Shown: positions 23,689-32,765 of the stretch, piece by piece
Layout of the letters: each line of letters opens with the position of its first letter
How positions within the stretch are numbered: the first letter of the stretch is position 1
Notes under the pieces: generated by a model
Databases searched by the model: none
What the model saw: only the letters and a program-made list of their open reading frames with translations
What the model was told of the DNA's origin: nothing
Translations under genes and position numbers: made by a program
DNA from: an uncultured Pelagibacteraceae bacterium
GTDB taxonomy: Bacteria > Pseudomonadota > Alphaproteobacteria > Pelagibacterales > AG-422-B15
Assembly: GCA_902571005.1 (NCBI GenBank)
Contig: CACGAG010000004.1
Location: 64,178 to 128,177, forward strand
Reading direction: 5' to 3'
Length of the DNA: 64,000 nucleotides

Positions 23689-24663
23689 TTATTTAAATGT
23701 ATTATATTTTCTGTCCCAATTCGGAAACTTACCTTTTTGATTCTTATTTAAAGTTTTCATAATTTCAATCAAAAACAAATCTCTTTGTTTTTCTAATTCT
23801 TTAATATTGAATTTTCCTGCTTGTTTTTTTGTTCCTGAAACCATTGCTTTTTTAAGTTTGTTGGTTAATTCAGGTGCTTTCAATTTTGTCCAAGGGAGTT
23901 TTAGTGCAGGACCAAATTGTTCCAGCATGTGTTTCATGCCAGTTTCTCCACCAGCTAAATGGAACGTTAAACAAATCCCCATAAAAGCCCATCTCAATCC
24001 AGGACCATAAACAATTGCATCATCAACTTCATCCGTTGATGCTACCCCGTCATTTATAATATGCAAGGCTTCACGCCATAACGCTTCTTGTAGTCTGTCT
24101 GAAATATATCCTTCTATTTCTTTTTGAACAATAAGTGGTCGCATTCCAATATGTTCATATAATTTTTTTAATTTTTTAACACTTATATGACTAGTTTTCT
24201 TGCCAGCTACAATCTCTACTAGAGGTAATAAGTATACAGGATTAAATGGATGACCTATTAAAACTCTCTCAGGAAACTTACAAGCCGATTGAATTTTTGA
24301 TGGTAATAAGCCTGACGAACTAGATGCGATTATAACTCTCTTATCAACTAAATTATCAATTTGTTTGAGTATATTTTTTTTAATCTTTTCGTTTTCTGGT
24401 GCATTCTCTTGAACAAAAGTTGTATCCTTCAATGCACTAGGTAATTTTGAATAGACCTTAAGATTTCTTAATGAGGCATTTCTATTCAAACCGATTTTCT
24501 TTAAGCTTTTAAAAGCAGTTCGAACATTTATTTTTAGCTGCTCACGTGAAACACTATTAGGGTCATATGCTTTTACAGTATAACCTTTAGCTAGAAATCT
24601 TGCAGCCCAGCCTGCGCCAATTACTCCAGTACCCACAATAGTGATGACTTTATTTTGTTTCAA
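23689..24663 (-). CDS. cdhA: L-carnitine dehydrogenase (no fused thioesterase)
   Basis: [55 protein letters not shown]. Confidence 0.88.
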   Translation of the reverse strand: MKQNKVITIVGTGVIGAGWAARFLAKGYTVKAYDPNSVSREQLKINVRTAFKSLKKIGLNRNASLRNLKVYSKLPSALKDTTFVQENAPENEKIKKNILKQIDNLVDKRVIIASSSSGLLPSKIQSACKFPERVLIGHPFNPVYLLPLVEIVAGKKTSHISVKKLKKLYEHIGMRPLIVQKEIEGYISDRLQEALWREALHIINDGVASTDEVDDAIVYGPGLRWAFMGICLTFHLAGGETGMKHMLEQFGPALKLPWTKLKAPELTNKLKKAMVSGTKKQAGKFNIKELEKQRDLFLIEIMKTLNKNQKGKFPNWDRKYNTFK

Positions 24664-25544
24664 ACTTTAAGCCCAAGTTTTTTTCTGGCTTCATCTGGCC
24701 CCATCACATTTGCACCAAGATTATTAATTATTGTCGTCGCTTTTTCAACAAGTTGACCGTTTGAAGCGTATACACCTTTTTCAAGATATAGGTTGTCTTC
24801 AAGACCAACTCTAACATTGCCTCCCAAAAGAACCGCTTGAGCAACCATCGGCATTTGATGAACCCCAATTCCAAAAGCTGCCCAGTTACTGCCCGATGGT
24901 AGCATGTCTACCATGTTTTTCATTGAACTGGTATTAGCCGGTGCCCCATAGGGAATGCCAAGACAAATTTGAAATAGAGGAGGGCTGTCAAGCAACCCCT
25001 CATCGTACATTTGATTTGCAAACCACATATGCCCTGTATCAAAAACTTCTAACTCCGGTTTTACGCCTAATTCTTGTATTCTTTTTGCACCAATTCTTAA
25101 TTGTTCAGGAGTACTAACATAAATCATGTTGCCATCACCAAAATTAAGAGTTCCACAATCAAGGGAACATATATCTGGTAATATTTCTTCAACGTGACTT
25201 AGTCGTTCAATCGCATTAACAAAATCAGTATTAGGTCCGAACTTTAATAGATCATCCTCAGGTCCAATTTCTATATCACCGCCCATACCACTGGTAAGAT
25301 TTATTATGACATTTGTGCCACTATCTTTTATGCGGCTCACAACCTCTTTATAAAGCTCATCGTCTCTTGATCCCTTTCCTGTATTTAAATCTCTGACATG
25401 GATATGCGCTATAGCAGCTCCAGCTGACGCTGCTTCAATTGCTGCATTAGCAATTTGCTCTGGCGTCACCGGTATGTTTGGATGTTTGTTGACTGTATCT
25501 CCTGATCCAGTAACAGCACATGAAATAATGACGTCTCTGTTCAT
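24660..25544 (-). CDS. cdhC: Beta-keto acid cleavage enzyme (BKACE; 3-dehydrocarnitine cleavage, CdhC-like)
   Basis: [33 protein letters not shown]; adjacent to cdhA. Confidence 0.88.
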   Translation of the reverse strand: MNRDVIISCAVTGSGDTVNKHPNIPVTPEQIANAAIEAASAGAAIAHIHVRDLNTGKGSRDDELYKEVVSRIKDSGTNVIINLTSGMGGDIEIGPEDDLLKFGPNTDFVNAIERLSHVEEILPDICSLDCGTLNFGDGNMIYVSTPEQLRIGAKRIQELGVKPELEVFDTGHMWFANQMYDEGLLDSPPLFQICLGIPYGAPANTSSMKNMVDMLPSGSNWAAFGIGVHQMPMVAQAVLLGGNVRVGLEDNLYLEKGVYASNGQLVEKATTIINNLGANVMGPDEARKKLGLKV

Positions 25545-25583
25545 ATTTCCTTTACTAGTGAAAAAAAATTAATTTACAATTAC

Positions 25584-25597
25584 CATACTATAGTATG
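25584..25597. promoter_or_regulatory. 14-bp perfect palindrome in the divergent cdhC / aldehyde dehydrogenase promoter region
   Basis: CATACTATAGTATG; contains TATAGT (-10-like) on both strands. Confidence 0.45.
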
Positions 25598-25612
25598 TAA
25601 TCTTCATCTGAA

Positions 25613-27037
25613 ATGCAAAATCTACAAAAATTTTATATTGATGGTCAATGGGTAGCGCCACAATCTAGTAAAAAAATGCCTGTCGTAAATCCAGCCACAG
25701 AGGAAGTTATCGGTGAAGTCATATTAGGTAATGAAGAAGATGTAAATATCGCAGTAAAAGCCGCTAAAAATGCATTTATGAGTTTTTCAAAAACTTCTAA
25801 AGAAGAGAGAATGAATATTTTGAAAAATATACGAAAAATTTCAGAAGAAAGATTTGATGACTTAGCTGATGCTATGACAATGGAGATGGGTGCACCAAGA
25901 AAAATGTCACGTGAAGCCCAAGCTGATGCAGCTATAGGTCATTTGGATGGTTTTATTAGTGCATTAGAAAAACATGAAGAAAAAATTGAGTTATCCAATA
26001 CAGATATTTTATTAAAAGAACCAATTGGAGTATGTGGTCTAATCACTCCATGGAATTGGCCAATAAACCAAATCACATTAAAAGTTTTGCCAGTCATTGC
26101 AACCGGATGTACTTGTATTTTAAAACCATCAGAACATACGCCATTATCAGCAATGGTTTATGCCGAAATACTAGATAAAGCTGGTGTCCCTGCAGGTGTT
26201 TTCAATTTAGTTCATGGTGATGGCGAGGGTGTGGGCATAGCCATGTCAAGACATCCAGATATTGAGATGATGTCGTTTACCGGCTCTAAAAGAGGCGGAA
26301 AGTCGGTTACAATAGAGTCTGCTGAAACTGTCAAAAAAGTTACACTTGAGCTTGGAGGCAAGTCACCAAATTTAGTTTTTGCAGATTGTGATCTTGAGGA
26401 AAAAGTAACCGCATCTGTAAATGAATGTATGTTTAACACCGGACAATCATGTGACGCTCCTACCAGATTACTGGTTGAAAAAAAATGCTACGATGAAGTC
26501 GTTACAATTGCAAAAAAGGCGGCTGAAGAAATAAAAGTTGGAGACCCACAAGAGGATGGAGATCATCTAGGACCTTTATTTGATAAAATCCAGTTTGATA
26601 GAGTCCAAAACATGATTCAGGTAGGAATAGATGAAGGTGCCGAGCTGCTTGTTGGTGGACTGGGTAAACCTGAGGGGTTAGAAAAAGGTTGGTTTACTAA
26701 ACCAACTATATTCATAAATGTTAATAACAGCATGCGAGTAGCTCAAGAAGAGATTTTTGGCCCCGTACTTGTAATAATTCCATTTGAAGATGAAAAAGAA
26801 GCTATTGAAATAGCTAATGACACACCTTACGGACTTGCCGCATATGTACAAACAGGCGACACCGAAAGGGCAGAAAGAGTTTCAAGACAACTTAGAGCTG
26901 GCGGTGTACATGTAAACGGAGGCGGTTATAACTATGGCTCTCCTTTTGGGGGTTATAAAGAGTCTGGAAACGGCCGCGAAGGCGGTGATATGGGGCTTGA
27001 AGATTATCTTGAAACAAAAGCATTACATATTGCTTAA
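25613..27037 (+). CDS. NAD-dependent aldehyde dehydrogenase
   Basis: ITPWNWP, LELGGKSP (Glu), FNTGQSC (Cys), EEIFGP. Confidence 0.93.
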   Translation: MQNLQKFYIDGQWVAPQSSKKMPVVNPATEEVIGEVILGNEEDVNIAVKAAKNAFMSFSKTSKEERMNILKNIRKISEERFDDLADAMTMEMGAPRKMSREAQADAAIGHLDGFISALEKHEEKIELSNTDILLKEPIGVCGLITPWNWPINQITLKVLPVIATGCTCILKPSEHTPLSAMVYAEILDKAGVPAGVFNLVHGDGEGVGIAMSRHPDIEMMSFTGSKRGGKSVTIESAETVKKVTLELGGKSPNLVFADCDLEEKVTASVNECMFNTGQSCDAPTRLLVEKKCYDEVVTIAKKAAEEIKVGDPQEDGDHLGPLFDKIQFDRVQNMIQVGIDEGAELLVGGLGKPEGLEKGWFTKPTIFINVNNSMRVAQEEIFGPVLVIIPFEDEKEAIEIANDTPYGLAAYVQTGDTERAERVSRQLRAGGVHVNGGGYNYGSPFGGYKESGNGREGGDMGLEDYLETKALHIA

Positions 27038-27062
27038 AATTTAATTCAAAGCAGTAAAATTT

Positions 27063-29003
27063 ATGGAAAAATTACTGTGGCAAGCCTCCGAAAAAAGACG
27101 AAAACAATCGAACTTAGTCAAATACCATTCTTATCTCAAAAAAAGTTACTCAATAAATTTTGATTATGAATATGACTCCTTATTCAACTGGAGTATAGCA
27201 AAGCCTAATTTATTCTGGACGAGTCTTTTGAGTTATTTAGATATAAGCTATAGTGGCAATGAAAACCCTGCTATTAGTGAAAGTGAAAATATTTATGACA
27301 AGAAATTTTTTCCAAACTTAAAGCTTAGCTATAGTGAAAATATCATTAATAATTTAAATTCTATTCCTATACTCTATGTAAATGAAATTGGATTTAAAAA
27401 ATATTACAGCAAAGAAGAAGTTATTCATAAAGTAAATTTAGTCGCAAAATATTTGAGATCTATCGGTGTTAAAAAAGGTGATAGAGTTGTAGGCATTGTA
27501 ACTAATAATGCGGAAACATTGATTTCATTTCTTGCAGTAAATTCAATTGGTGCGGTATGGTCTTCTTGTTCACCAGATTTTGGTGAACAGGCTATATTAG
27601 ATAGGTTTAGTCAAATAGAGCCCAAAATTTTATTTTATTCCAGCAACTATATGTATGGAGGAAAGAAATTTAAAATTTTAGAAAAAATAAAAAATGTTGA
27701 GAGTAAGCTTAATACATTGGAAGTATCCATATGCATTGATTATTCTCAAAAAGACAAAAGTTTCATCGATGAAAAATTAAATTTTTTTGAAGAAAACAAT
27801 AGAGAATTGAGTGAGCTCTCTTTTGAAAGATGTCAGTTTAATGACCCAATGTATATATTGTATTCCAGCGGTACAACTGGAAAACCAAAATGTATTGTAC
27901 ATAATACAGGAGGTCCATTAATCCAACATTTGAAAGAACAACAACTTAACTGTGAAATTTGTGAAAACGATAAGCTTTTCTATTTTACTACTTGTGGATG
28001 GATGATGTGGAATTGGCTTATTTCTGGTCTTGCTTCTAAGGCAACAGTTGTTCTTTATGAGGGGTCTCCTTTTTTTCCACATCAGGACTCACTTTTTAAA
28101 GTGGCGGAAGAAGAGGAAATTACTTGCTTTGGCACAAGTGCAAAGTTTATTGATGCGCTAAGAAATAGCCAAATTCAAATTTCAAATAAGTATAAACTAT
28201 CAAAATTAAAAACAATTTTAAGCACTGGATCACCACTAGTTAGTGAGAGTTTTAATTATGTTTATAGCAATATTAAGCAAGACGTACATTTAGCCTCGAT
28301 TAGTGGCGGTACTGACATTGTTTCATGTTTTGTTGGAGGAGATCCAACTGGCGCAGTATTTTCAGGAGAAATTCAATGTGAATGTTTAGGAGTTGATGTA
28401 GATATATTTAATGAAGATGGGGTTAGTACTCAGCAAAAAGGAGAACTAGTCTGCAAATCAGCAATTCCTTCAATGCCAATTGGGTTCTGGGAAGATGTTA
28501 ATAAAGAAAAATATATAAAATCATATTTTTCAAAATTTCCCAATATTTGGACACAAGGTGACTATGCAATCAAAACAGCAAATAAGGGTTTTATAATCTT
28601 TGGGCGCTCCGACTCAACTCTCAATCCTGGAGGTATTAGAATTGGTACTGCAGAAATATATAGGTCTGTTGAAAAACTAGAAGATATCAATGAATCGATT
28701 GTGGTTGGGCAAGAATGGAATGATGATGTCAGAATTATTTTATTTATTACCCTTAAAGCCAAAAGTCATCTAAATGATAAATTAGTTGCTAATATCAAGG
28801 AAAATATTAAAAACTCAACCTCCATCAGACATGTGCCCGCAAAGATTATTCAAGTTACTGATATTCCAAGAACTCGGAGCGGTAAGATAGCTGAGTTGAC
28901 TGTAAGAGATATTATAAACGGTAGAAAAGTTAAAAATATGGAGGCTCTTGCAAATCCAGAATGTCTTGCAGAGTATGAAAATATTGAAGAATTAGACTAT
29001 TAA
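27063..29003 (+). CDS. Acetoacetate-CoA ligase
   Basis: WSSCSPDFG, YSSGTTGKPKCIVH, TTCGWMMWNW, SISGGTD, GRSDSTLNPGGIRIG. Confidence 0.9.
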   Translation: MEKLLWQASEKRRKQSNLVKYHSYLKKSYSINFDYEYDSLFNWSIAKPNLFWTSLLSYLDISYSGNENPAISESENIYDKKFFPNLKLSYSENIINNLNSIPILYVNEIGFKKYYSKEEVIHKVNLVAKYLRSIGVKKGDRVVGIVTNNAETLISFLAVNSIGAVWSSCSPDFGEQAILDRFSQIEPKILFYSSNYMYGGKKFKILEKIKNVESKLNTLEVSICIDYSQKDKSFIDEKLNFFEENNRELSELSFERCQFNDPMYILYSSGTTGKPKCIVHNTGGPLIQHLKEQQLNCEICENDKLFYFTTCGWMMWNWLISGLASKATVVLYEGSPFFPHQDSLFKVAEEEEITCFGTSAKFIDALRNSQIQISNKYKLSKLKTILSTGSPLVSESFNYVYSNIKQDVHLASISGGTDIVSCFVGGDPTGAVFSGEIQCECLGVDVDIFNEDGVSTQQKGELVCKSAIPSMPIGFWEDVNKEKYIKSYFSKFPNIWTQGDYAIKTANKGFIIFGRSDSTLNPGGIRIGTAEIYRSVEKLEDINESIVVGQEWNDDVRIILFITLKAKSHLNDKLVANIKENIKNSTSIRHVPAKIIQVTDIPRTRSGKIAELTVRDIINGRKVKNMEALANPECLAEYENIEELDY

Positions 29004-29019
29004 TCATATATTTTCAAAT

Positions 29020-30114
29020 ATGAAGCTAGATTTTGACTCAAAAGAATTAAGAGTATTTGATAAAGAGGAAATTTTTAAAATACATCCCTTGTGGATACGG
29101 GAACGATCAATTGAAAAAGGGGAAGTTGATCAAAATTCTTTCCAAAGATTATATGATCCTGAAAAGATTAAACCTGATTTGCAAATAAAGAATGCTCAGC
29201 TGCTAGCAGATAACAAAATGATTGTAGAATTTTCTGATAACCATAGTGCAACTTATTGTTTAGATAAGTTAATAACAGAAATTACAAGATCAAATGTCCT
29301 ACCGCCAAAGATTTATTGGAATAAAAATGATGCTAAGTTAAAAAAATTTAGTTTTGCCTATGGAGCAAATGAAAGTCAGCAATTGTTTGAAATTTTAAAA
29401 TTTTATCATCAGTATGGCTACGTTGTAGTCGAAGATTTGCCAGCTAAGGATGGAGAAGTTATAAAATTTGCTGAAAAAATTGGGTTTATTCGAGAAACTA
29501 ATTTTGGAAAGCTATTTAATGTGAGGTCACAAAAACAACCTAATGACCTAGCTTATACATCCATCGAATTAGAATCGCATACTGATAATCCCTACAGAAA
29601 ACCAGTACCATCAATTCAATTTTTATTTTGTATTGAAAACAGTTGCAAAGGAGGAGATTCCACAGTTGTTGATGGTTTCAAAGTTGCAGAGGATCTAAAA
29701 AAAGAAAATCCACAAGCTTTTAATATCCTAGTAAATACTCTAATAAATTATAAATTTGAAGATAATGATGCTATTTTAGAAAAAACTGGAAAAATTATAA
29801 AATTAAGCGCTAGAGGAGAACTCAAACAAATAAAATATAGTAATAGATTAGACTTTGTATTTTACGATGAGCCAAAGGTTTTGGAAGAATTTTATGCTGC
29901 TAAAAGAGTTATGCATCAAATGATCAATTCAGATAAATATATATTACAATTTCATTTAGAGCCTGGTAACTTATTAATTATGAATAATTACAGAACTTTG
30001 CATGGAAGAAGAAGCTACAATACATCTGAAGGAAGTCGGTGGCTTCAAGGGCTATATATTGACCATGACTCTGCTGAAAGTAAATATAAACTACTCTCTA
30101 AGGAAGTAGAATGA
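29020..30114 (+). CDS. tmpA: TmpA-like 2-(trimethylamino)ethylphosphonate dioxygenase (BBOX-like Fe/2OG)
   Basis: HPLWIRER...QRLYDP N-terminus without Zn cysteines, HTDNPYR, LHGR; 4-nt overlap with an HD-domain gene. Confidence 0.75.
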   Translation: MKLDFDSKELRVFDKEEIFKIHPLWIRERSIEKGEVDQNSFQRLYDPEKIKPDLQIKNAQLLADNKMIVEFSDNHSATYCLDKLITEITRSNVLPPKIYWNKNDAKLKKFSFAYGANESQQLFEILKFYHQYGYVVVEDLPAKDGEVIKFAEKIGFIRETNFGKLFNVRSQKQPNDLAYTSIELESHTDNPYRKPVPSIQFLFCIENSCKGGDSTVVDGFKVAEDLKKENPQAFNILVNTLINYKFEDNDAILEKTGKIIKLSARGELKQIKYSNRLDFVFYDEPKVLEEFYAAKRVMHQMINSDKYILQFHLEPGNLLIMNNYRTLHGRRSYNTSEGSRWLQGLYIDHDSAESKYKLLSKEVE

Positions 30115-30662
30115 AGACAGTCAAGTTTACCGAAATGAAAAAAGGGTCAAAAGAAGATTATGAACTTTTGGCTGAATATGAAAAAAACTATGTAAATGAA
30201 CTTCCTGATCGAATTTTGGAGTCATTAAAAAACTTAGATAATTCAGTTGATGGGTACCAAGTATCAAGACTAGAGCATTCTTTGCAATCAGCAACCAGGG
30301 CTGAAAAAGATGGGGCAGATGAAGAAATGATTGTTGCTACATTGTTGCATGATATAGGAGACAGTCTTGCTCCTTACAATCACAGTCAGCTCATAGCCGC
30401 TGTTTTAAGGCCGTATGTTTCTGAAAAGGTTCATTGGATTATGTTGCATCATGGCCTTTTTCAAGAATATTATTATGCTCATCATTTAGGCAAGGATAGA
30501 AATTCGAGAGATAAATTTAAAGACCACCCATACTATCAAGATGCGATTGATTTTTGTGAAAAGTGGGATCAAAAATCTTTTGATCCTAATTATGAATCCT
30601 TCCCGTTAGATCATTTTGAACCAATGGTGAGAAGATTATTTTCTAAAGAGCCAAATTTTTAA
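30111..30662 (+). CDS. tmpB: TmpB/PhnZ-like HD-domain diiron C-P bond-cleaving oxygenase
   Basis: RLEHSLQSATRA, LLHDIGD, NH, HHG.F, WDQ.SFDP. Confidence 0.78.
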   Translation: MKTVKFTEMKKGSKEDYELLAEYEKNYVNELPDRILESLKNLDNSVDGYQVSRLEHSLQSATRAEKDGADEEMIVATLLHDIGDSLAPYNHSQLIAAVLRPYVSEKVHWIMLHHGLFQEYYYAHHLGKDRNSRDKFKDHPYYQDAIDFCEKWDQKSFDPNYESFPLDHFEPMVRRLFSKEPNF

Positions 30663-31786
30663 GCTATCTTTTTTACAATTACATTTCCAACTGAATAGCC
30701 AGCTCCAAATGAACATATAATTGCTAAATCATTTTTATTTAATGATTTATTGTATTTATGAAAGGCAATAATTGAACCAGCTGAACTTGTATTTGCATAT
30801 TCATCCAAAACTACAGGTGCTAATTCTTTTGGGGCATCTTTTCCCAATACATACTTTGAAATTAAAACATTCATATTCTCGTTGGCTTGATGAAGATACA
30901 TGCCTTTGAGATCATTGGCCGATAGTTTATTTTCTTCTAAATGAGATTTAATCAAGTTAGAAACTTCTGGAACAACTTCCTTAAATACTTTTCGTCCATT
31001 TTGATGAAATAATTTGTCTGACTGACCAACGCCATTAGGCGATGAATTATTTAAAAAGCCATAATTATTTCTTATATTGTTTGAAAACTTAGTTAATAAT
31101 CTAGTACCAATAATTTCATAGGAGTTTTCTTTAATATTTTCTTCATTAAGACGTTCTAAAATAACTGCAGTCGCAACGTCTCCAAAAATAAAATGACAGT
31201 CTCGATCTCTGAAATTTAAATGTCCGGTACAAATTTCAGGATTAATCATGATAGCAGACTTTATACTTCCAGACTTTACCATGTCGAAGATAGTTTGAAT
31301 TCCAAAAGTTGCTGATGAACACGCAACATTCATATCAAAAGCAAAACCTTTGATACCCAAAGCATTTTGTATTTCAATTGCAATTGCTGGATAGGCACGC
31401 TCAAGATTTGAACAAGCTACAATTACTGCATCAATATCATCTACATCTATATTTGAGTTTTTAATCGCATCTTTAGCTGCAATGACCCCCATTTCAGCTA
31501 AATTAGATAATTCTTCTTCTGACCTTTCTCTCAATTTAGGCCTCATAAAAGAAGTATCTAGAATTCCTGTTTTATTTTGTACATATCTTGATTTAACGCC
31601 TGATGCTTTTTCTATGAATTCAGCGCTGGATTTTTCCAAAGGTTGGGTTTTTCCATTTTTAATATCTTCTGAATTTATTTCATTAAATTCATCAACATAT
31701 TTATTGAATGATTGTACCAATTCCTCATTAGAGATTTTTTCCTTAGGAGTGTAAAGGCCGGTCCCAGAAATTTGAACTTTATACAT
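30659..31786 (-). CDS. Beta-ketoacyl-ACP synthase III (long FabH type, PA3286-like)
   Basis: Triad DMNVACSS (Cys), LHQAN (His), YANTSSAG (Asn); insertion near the N-terminus. Confidence 0.85.
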   Translation of the reverse strand: MYKVQISGTGLYTPKEKISNEELVQSFNKYVDEFNEINSEDIKNGKTQPLEKSSAEFIEKASGVKSRYVQNKTGILDTSFMRPKLRERSEEELSNLAEMGVIAAKDAIKNSNIDVDDIDAVIVACSNLERAYPAIAIEIQNALGIKGFAFDMNVACSSATFGIQTIFDMVKSGSIKSAIMINPEICTGHLNFRDRDCHFIFGDVATAVILERLNEENIKENSYEIIGTRLLTKFSNNIRNNYGFLNNSSPNGVGQSDKLFHQNGRKVFKEVVPEVSNLIKSHLEENKLSANDLKGMYLHQANENMNVLISKYVLGKDAPKELAPVVLDEYANTSSAGSIIAFHKYNKSLNKNDLAIICSFGAGYSVGNVIVKKIA

Positions 31787-31848
31787 ATTGGAAACTATAA
31801 AATTTAAGTAGGCGCTTTGACTAATTAACTTTTTTTTCTAATTATTAC

Positions 31849-31881
31849 AAAAAAAGAAAACTGACCCTAAAAAAGGGCCAG
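31849..31881 (-). terminator. Intrinsic terminator after the small lipoprotein gene
   Basis: Minus strand CTGGCCCT-TTTTT-AGGGTCAG followed by TTTTCTTTTTT. Confidence 0.8.
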
Positions 31882-31891
31882 CTTCTAATAT

Positions 31892-32008
31892 TTATATTCC
31901 TGGAATATAAGGAACGCCATCACCTTTAATGGTTTCATTTATGCTTTGTAATGTAGTACAAGCTGAAATCATAAAACTGAAAGCTAAAACTGTAAGAGTA
32001 GTACGCAT
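31892..32008 (-). CDS. 38-aa small lipoprotein (absent from the ORF track)
   Basis: MRTTLTVLAFSFMISACTTLQSINETIKGDGVPYIPGI; SD AGGAG, lipobox ISAC, own terminator. Confidence 0.8.
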   Translation of the reverse strand: MRTTLTVLAFSFMISACTTLQSINETIKGDGVPYIPGI

Positions 32009-32079
32009 GCTTTTTCTCCTATTTATTTAAGGATACTATATTTAATTAAGTACTAATTACAATTATTATGTTTAGAATC

Positions 32080-32328
32080 ATGAAATTCTATGTGTATATC
32101 ATTGGCACAACCAATCCTAAGCCCAGAACATATGTTGGTTGGACCAATAATATTGATAAAAGAATAAGTGCTCATAACGCCTCAAAAGGTGCAAAATACA
32201 CTAGAGGTAGCAAATGGAAACTTTTGTATAAAGAGATTTTTGAGTGTAAATCAGATGCAATGAAAAGGGAAATTGTTTTAAAAAAAGATCGTAAACTCAG
32301 AACGCAACTTAGAAAAAAATTAGTTTAA
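32080..32328 (+). CDS. Small GIY-YIG nuclease family protein (UPF0213/YazA-like)
   Basis: FYVYII...TYVGWTNN...RI..HN..KGAKYTRG, AMKRE; an alternative ATG lies at 32068. Confidence 0.85.
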   Translation: MKFYVYIIGTTNPKPRTYVGWTNNIDKRISAHNASKGAKYTRGSKWKLLYKEIFECKSDAMKREIVLKKDRKLRTQLRKKLV

Positions 32329-32742
32329 AGTTCCATATTCACTTCTTCCTTTTTTTCTTAGTCCGTAAGGACCAGCAATATAAATTGTAATTGGCTTAAT
32401 GCCCGGCTCTAAGTCAACCCGGTGCAAATTATCAGCACTTCTGAAGCCTATATAAAATTTTCCACGCCATTTTCTTTCTTGTTTGATGTTTGTCTCCCAG
32501 TAACCACCACTTAAAATAATTGTAATATATGGAAAGGGATGATTGTGTAGCCCAATTCCATGGTCATTATCTAAAATATGATGAATAAGTATATTGAAAG
32601 GAAACCATTTTGGTCTTTTTCTAAATAGCAAATAATACCTGGCGGTCCATGGTTTTGCTAAATGATATTCTGGGTGTGAAGGGCCTCTGTCCATCACAAC
32701 TTTTTTTCGTCCTAATTTCTCTAGTATCTTAAGAAAAAGCAT
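32320..32742 (-). CDS. Metal-binding cupin-fold protein of a phage-associated type
   Basis: HHILDND...LHNHPFP..TIILSGGYWE and LHRV; start moved to ATG 32742 because the ORF-track start overlaps the tRNA. Confidence 0.65.
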   Translation of the reverse strand: MLFLKILEKLGRKKVVMDRGPSHPEYHLAKPWTARYYLLFRKRPKWFPFNILIHHILDNDHGIGLHNHPFPYITIILSGGYWETNIKQERKWRGKFYIGFRSADNLHRVDLEPGIKPITIYIAGPYGLRKKGRSEYGTLN

Positions 32743-32765
32743 GGTACGTGAAATATAATATAGAT

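Noticed and set aside
32080-32328. GIY-YIG gene as a homing endonuclease or mobile intron
   Set aside because: Only ~82 aa of housekeeping UPF0213 type; no DNA-binding tail and no interrupted host gene
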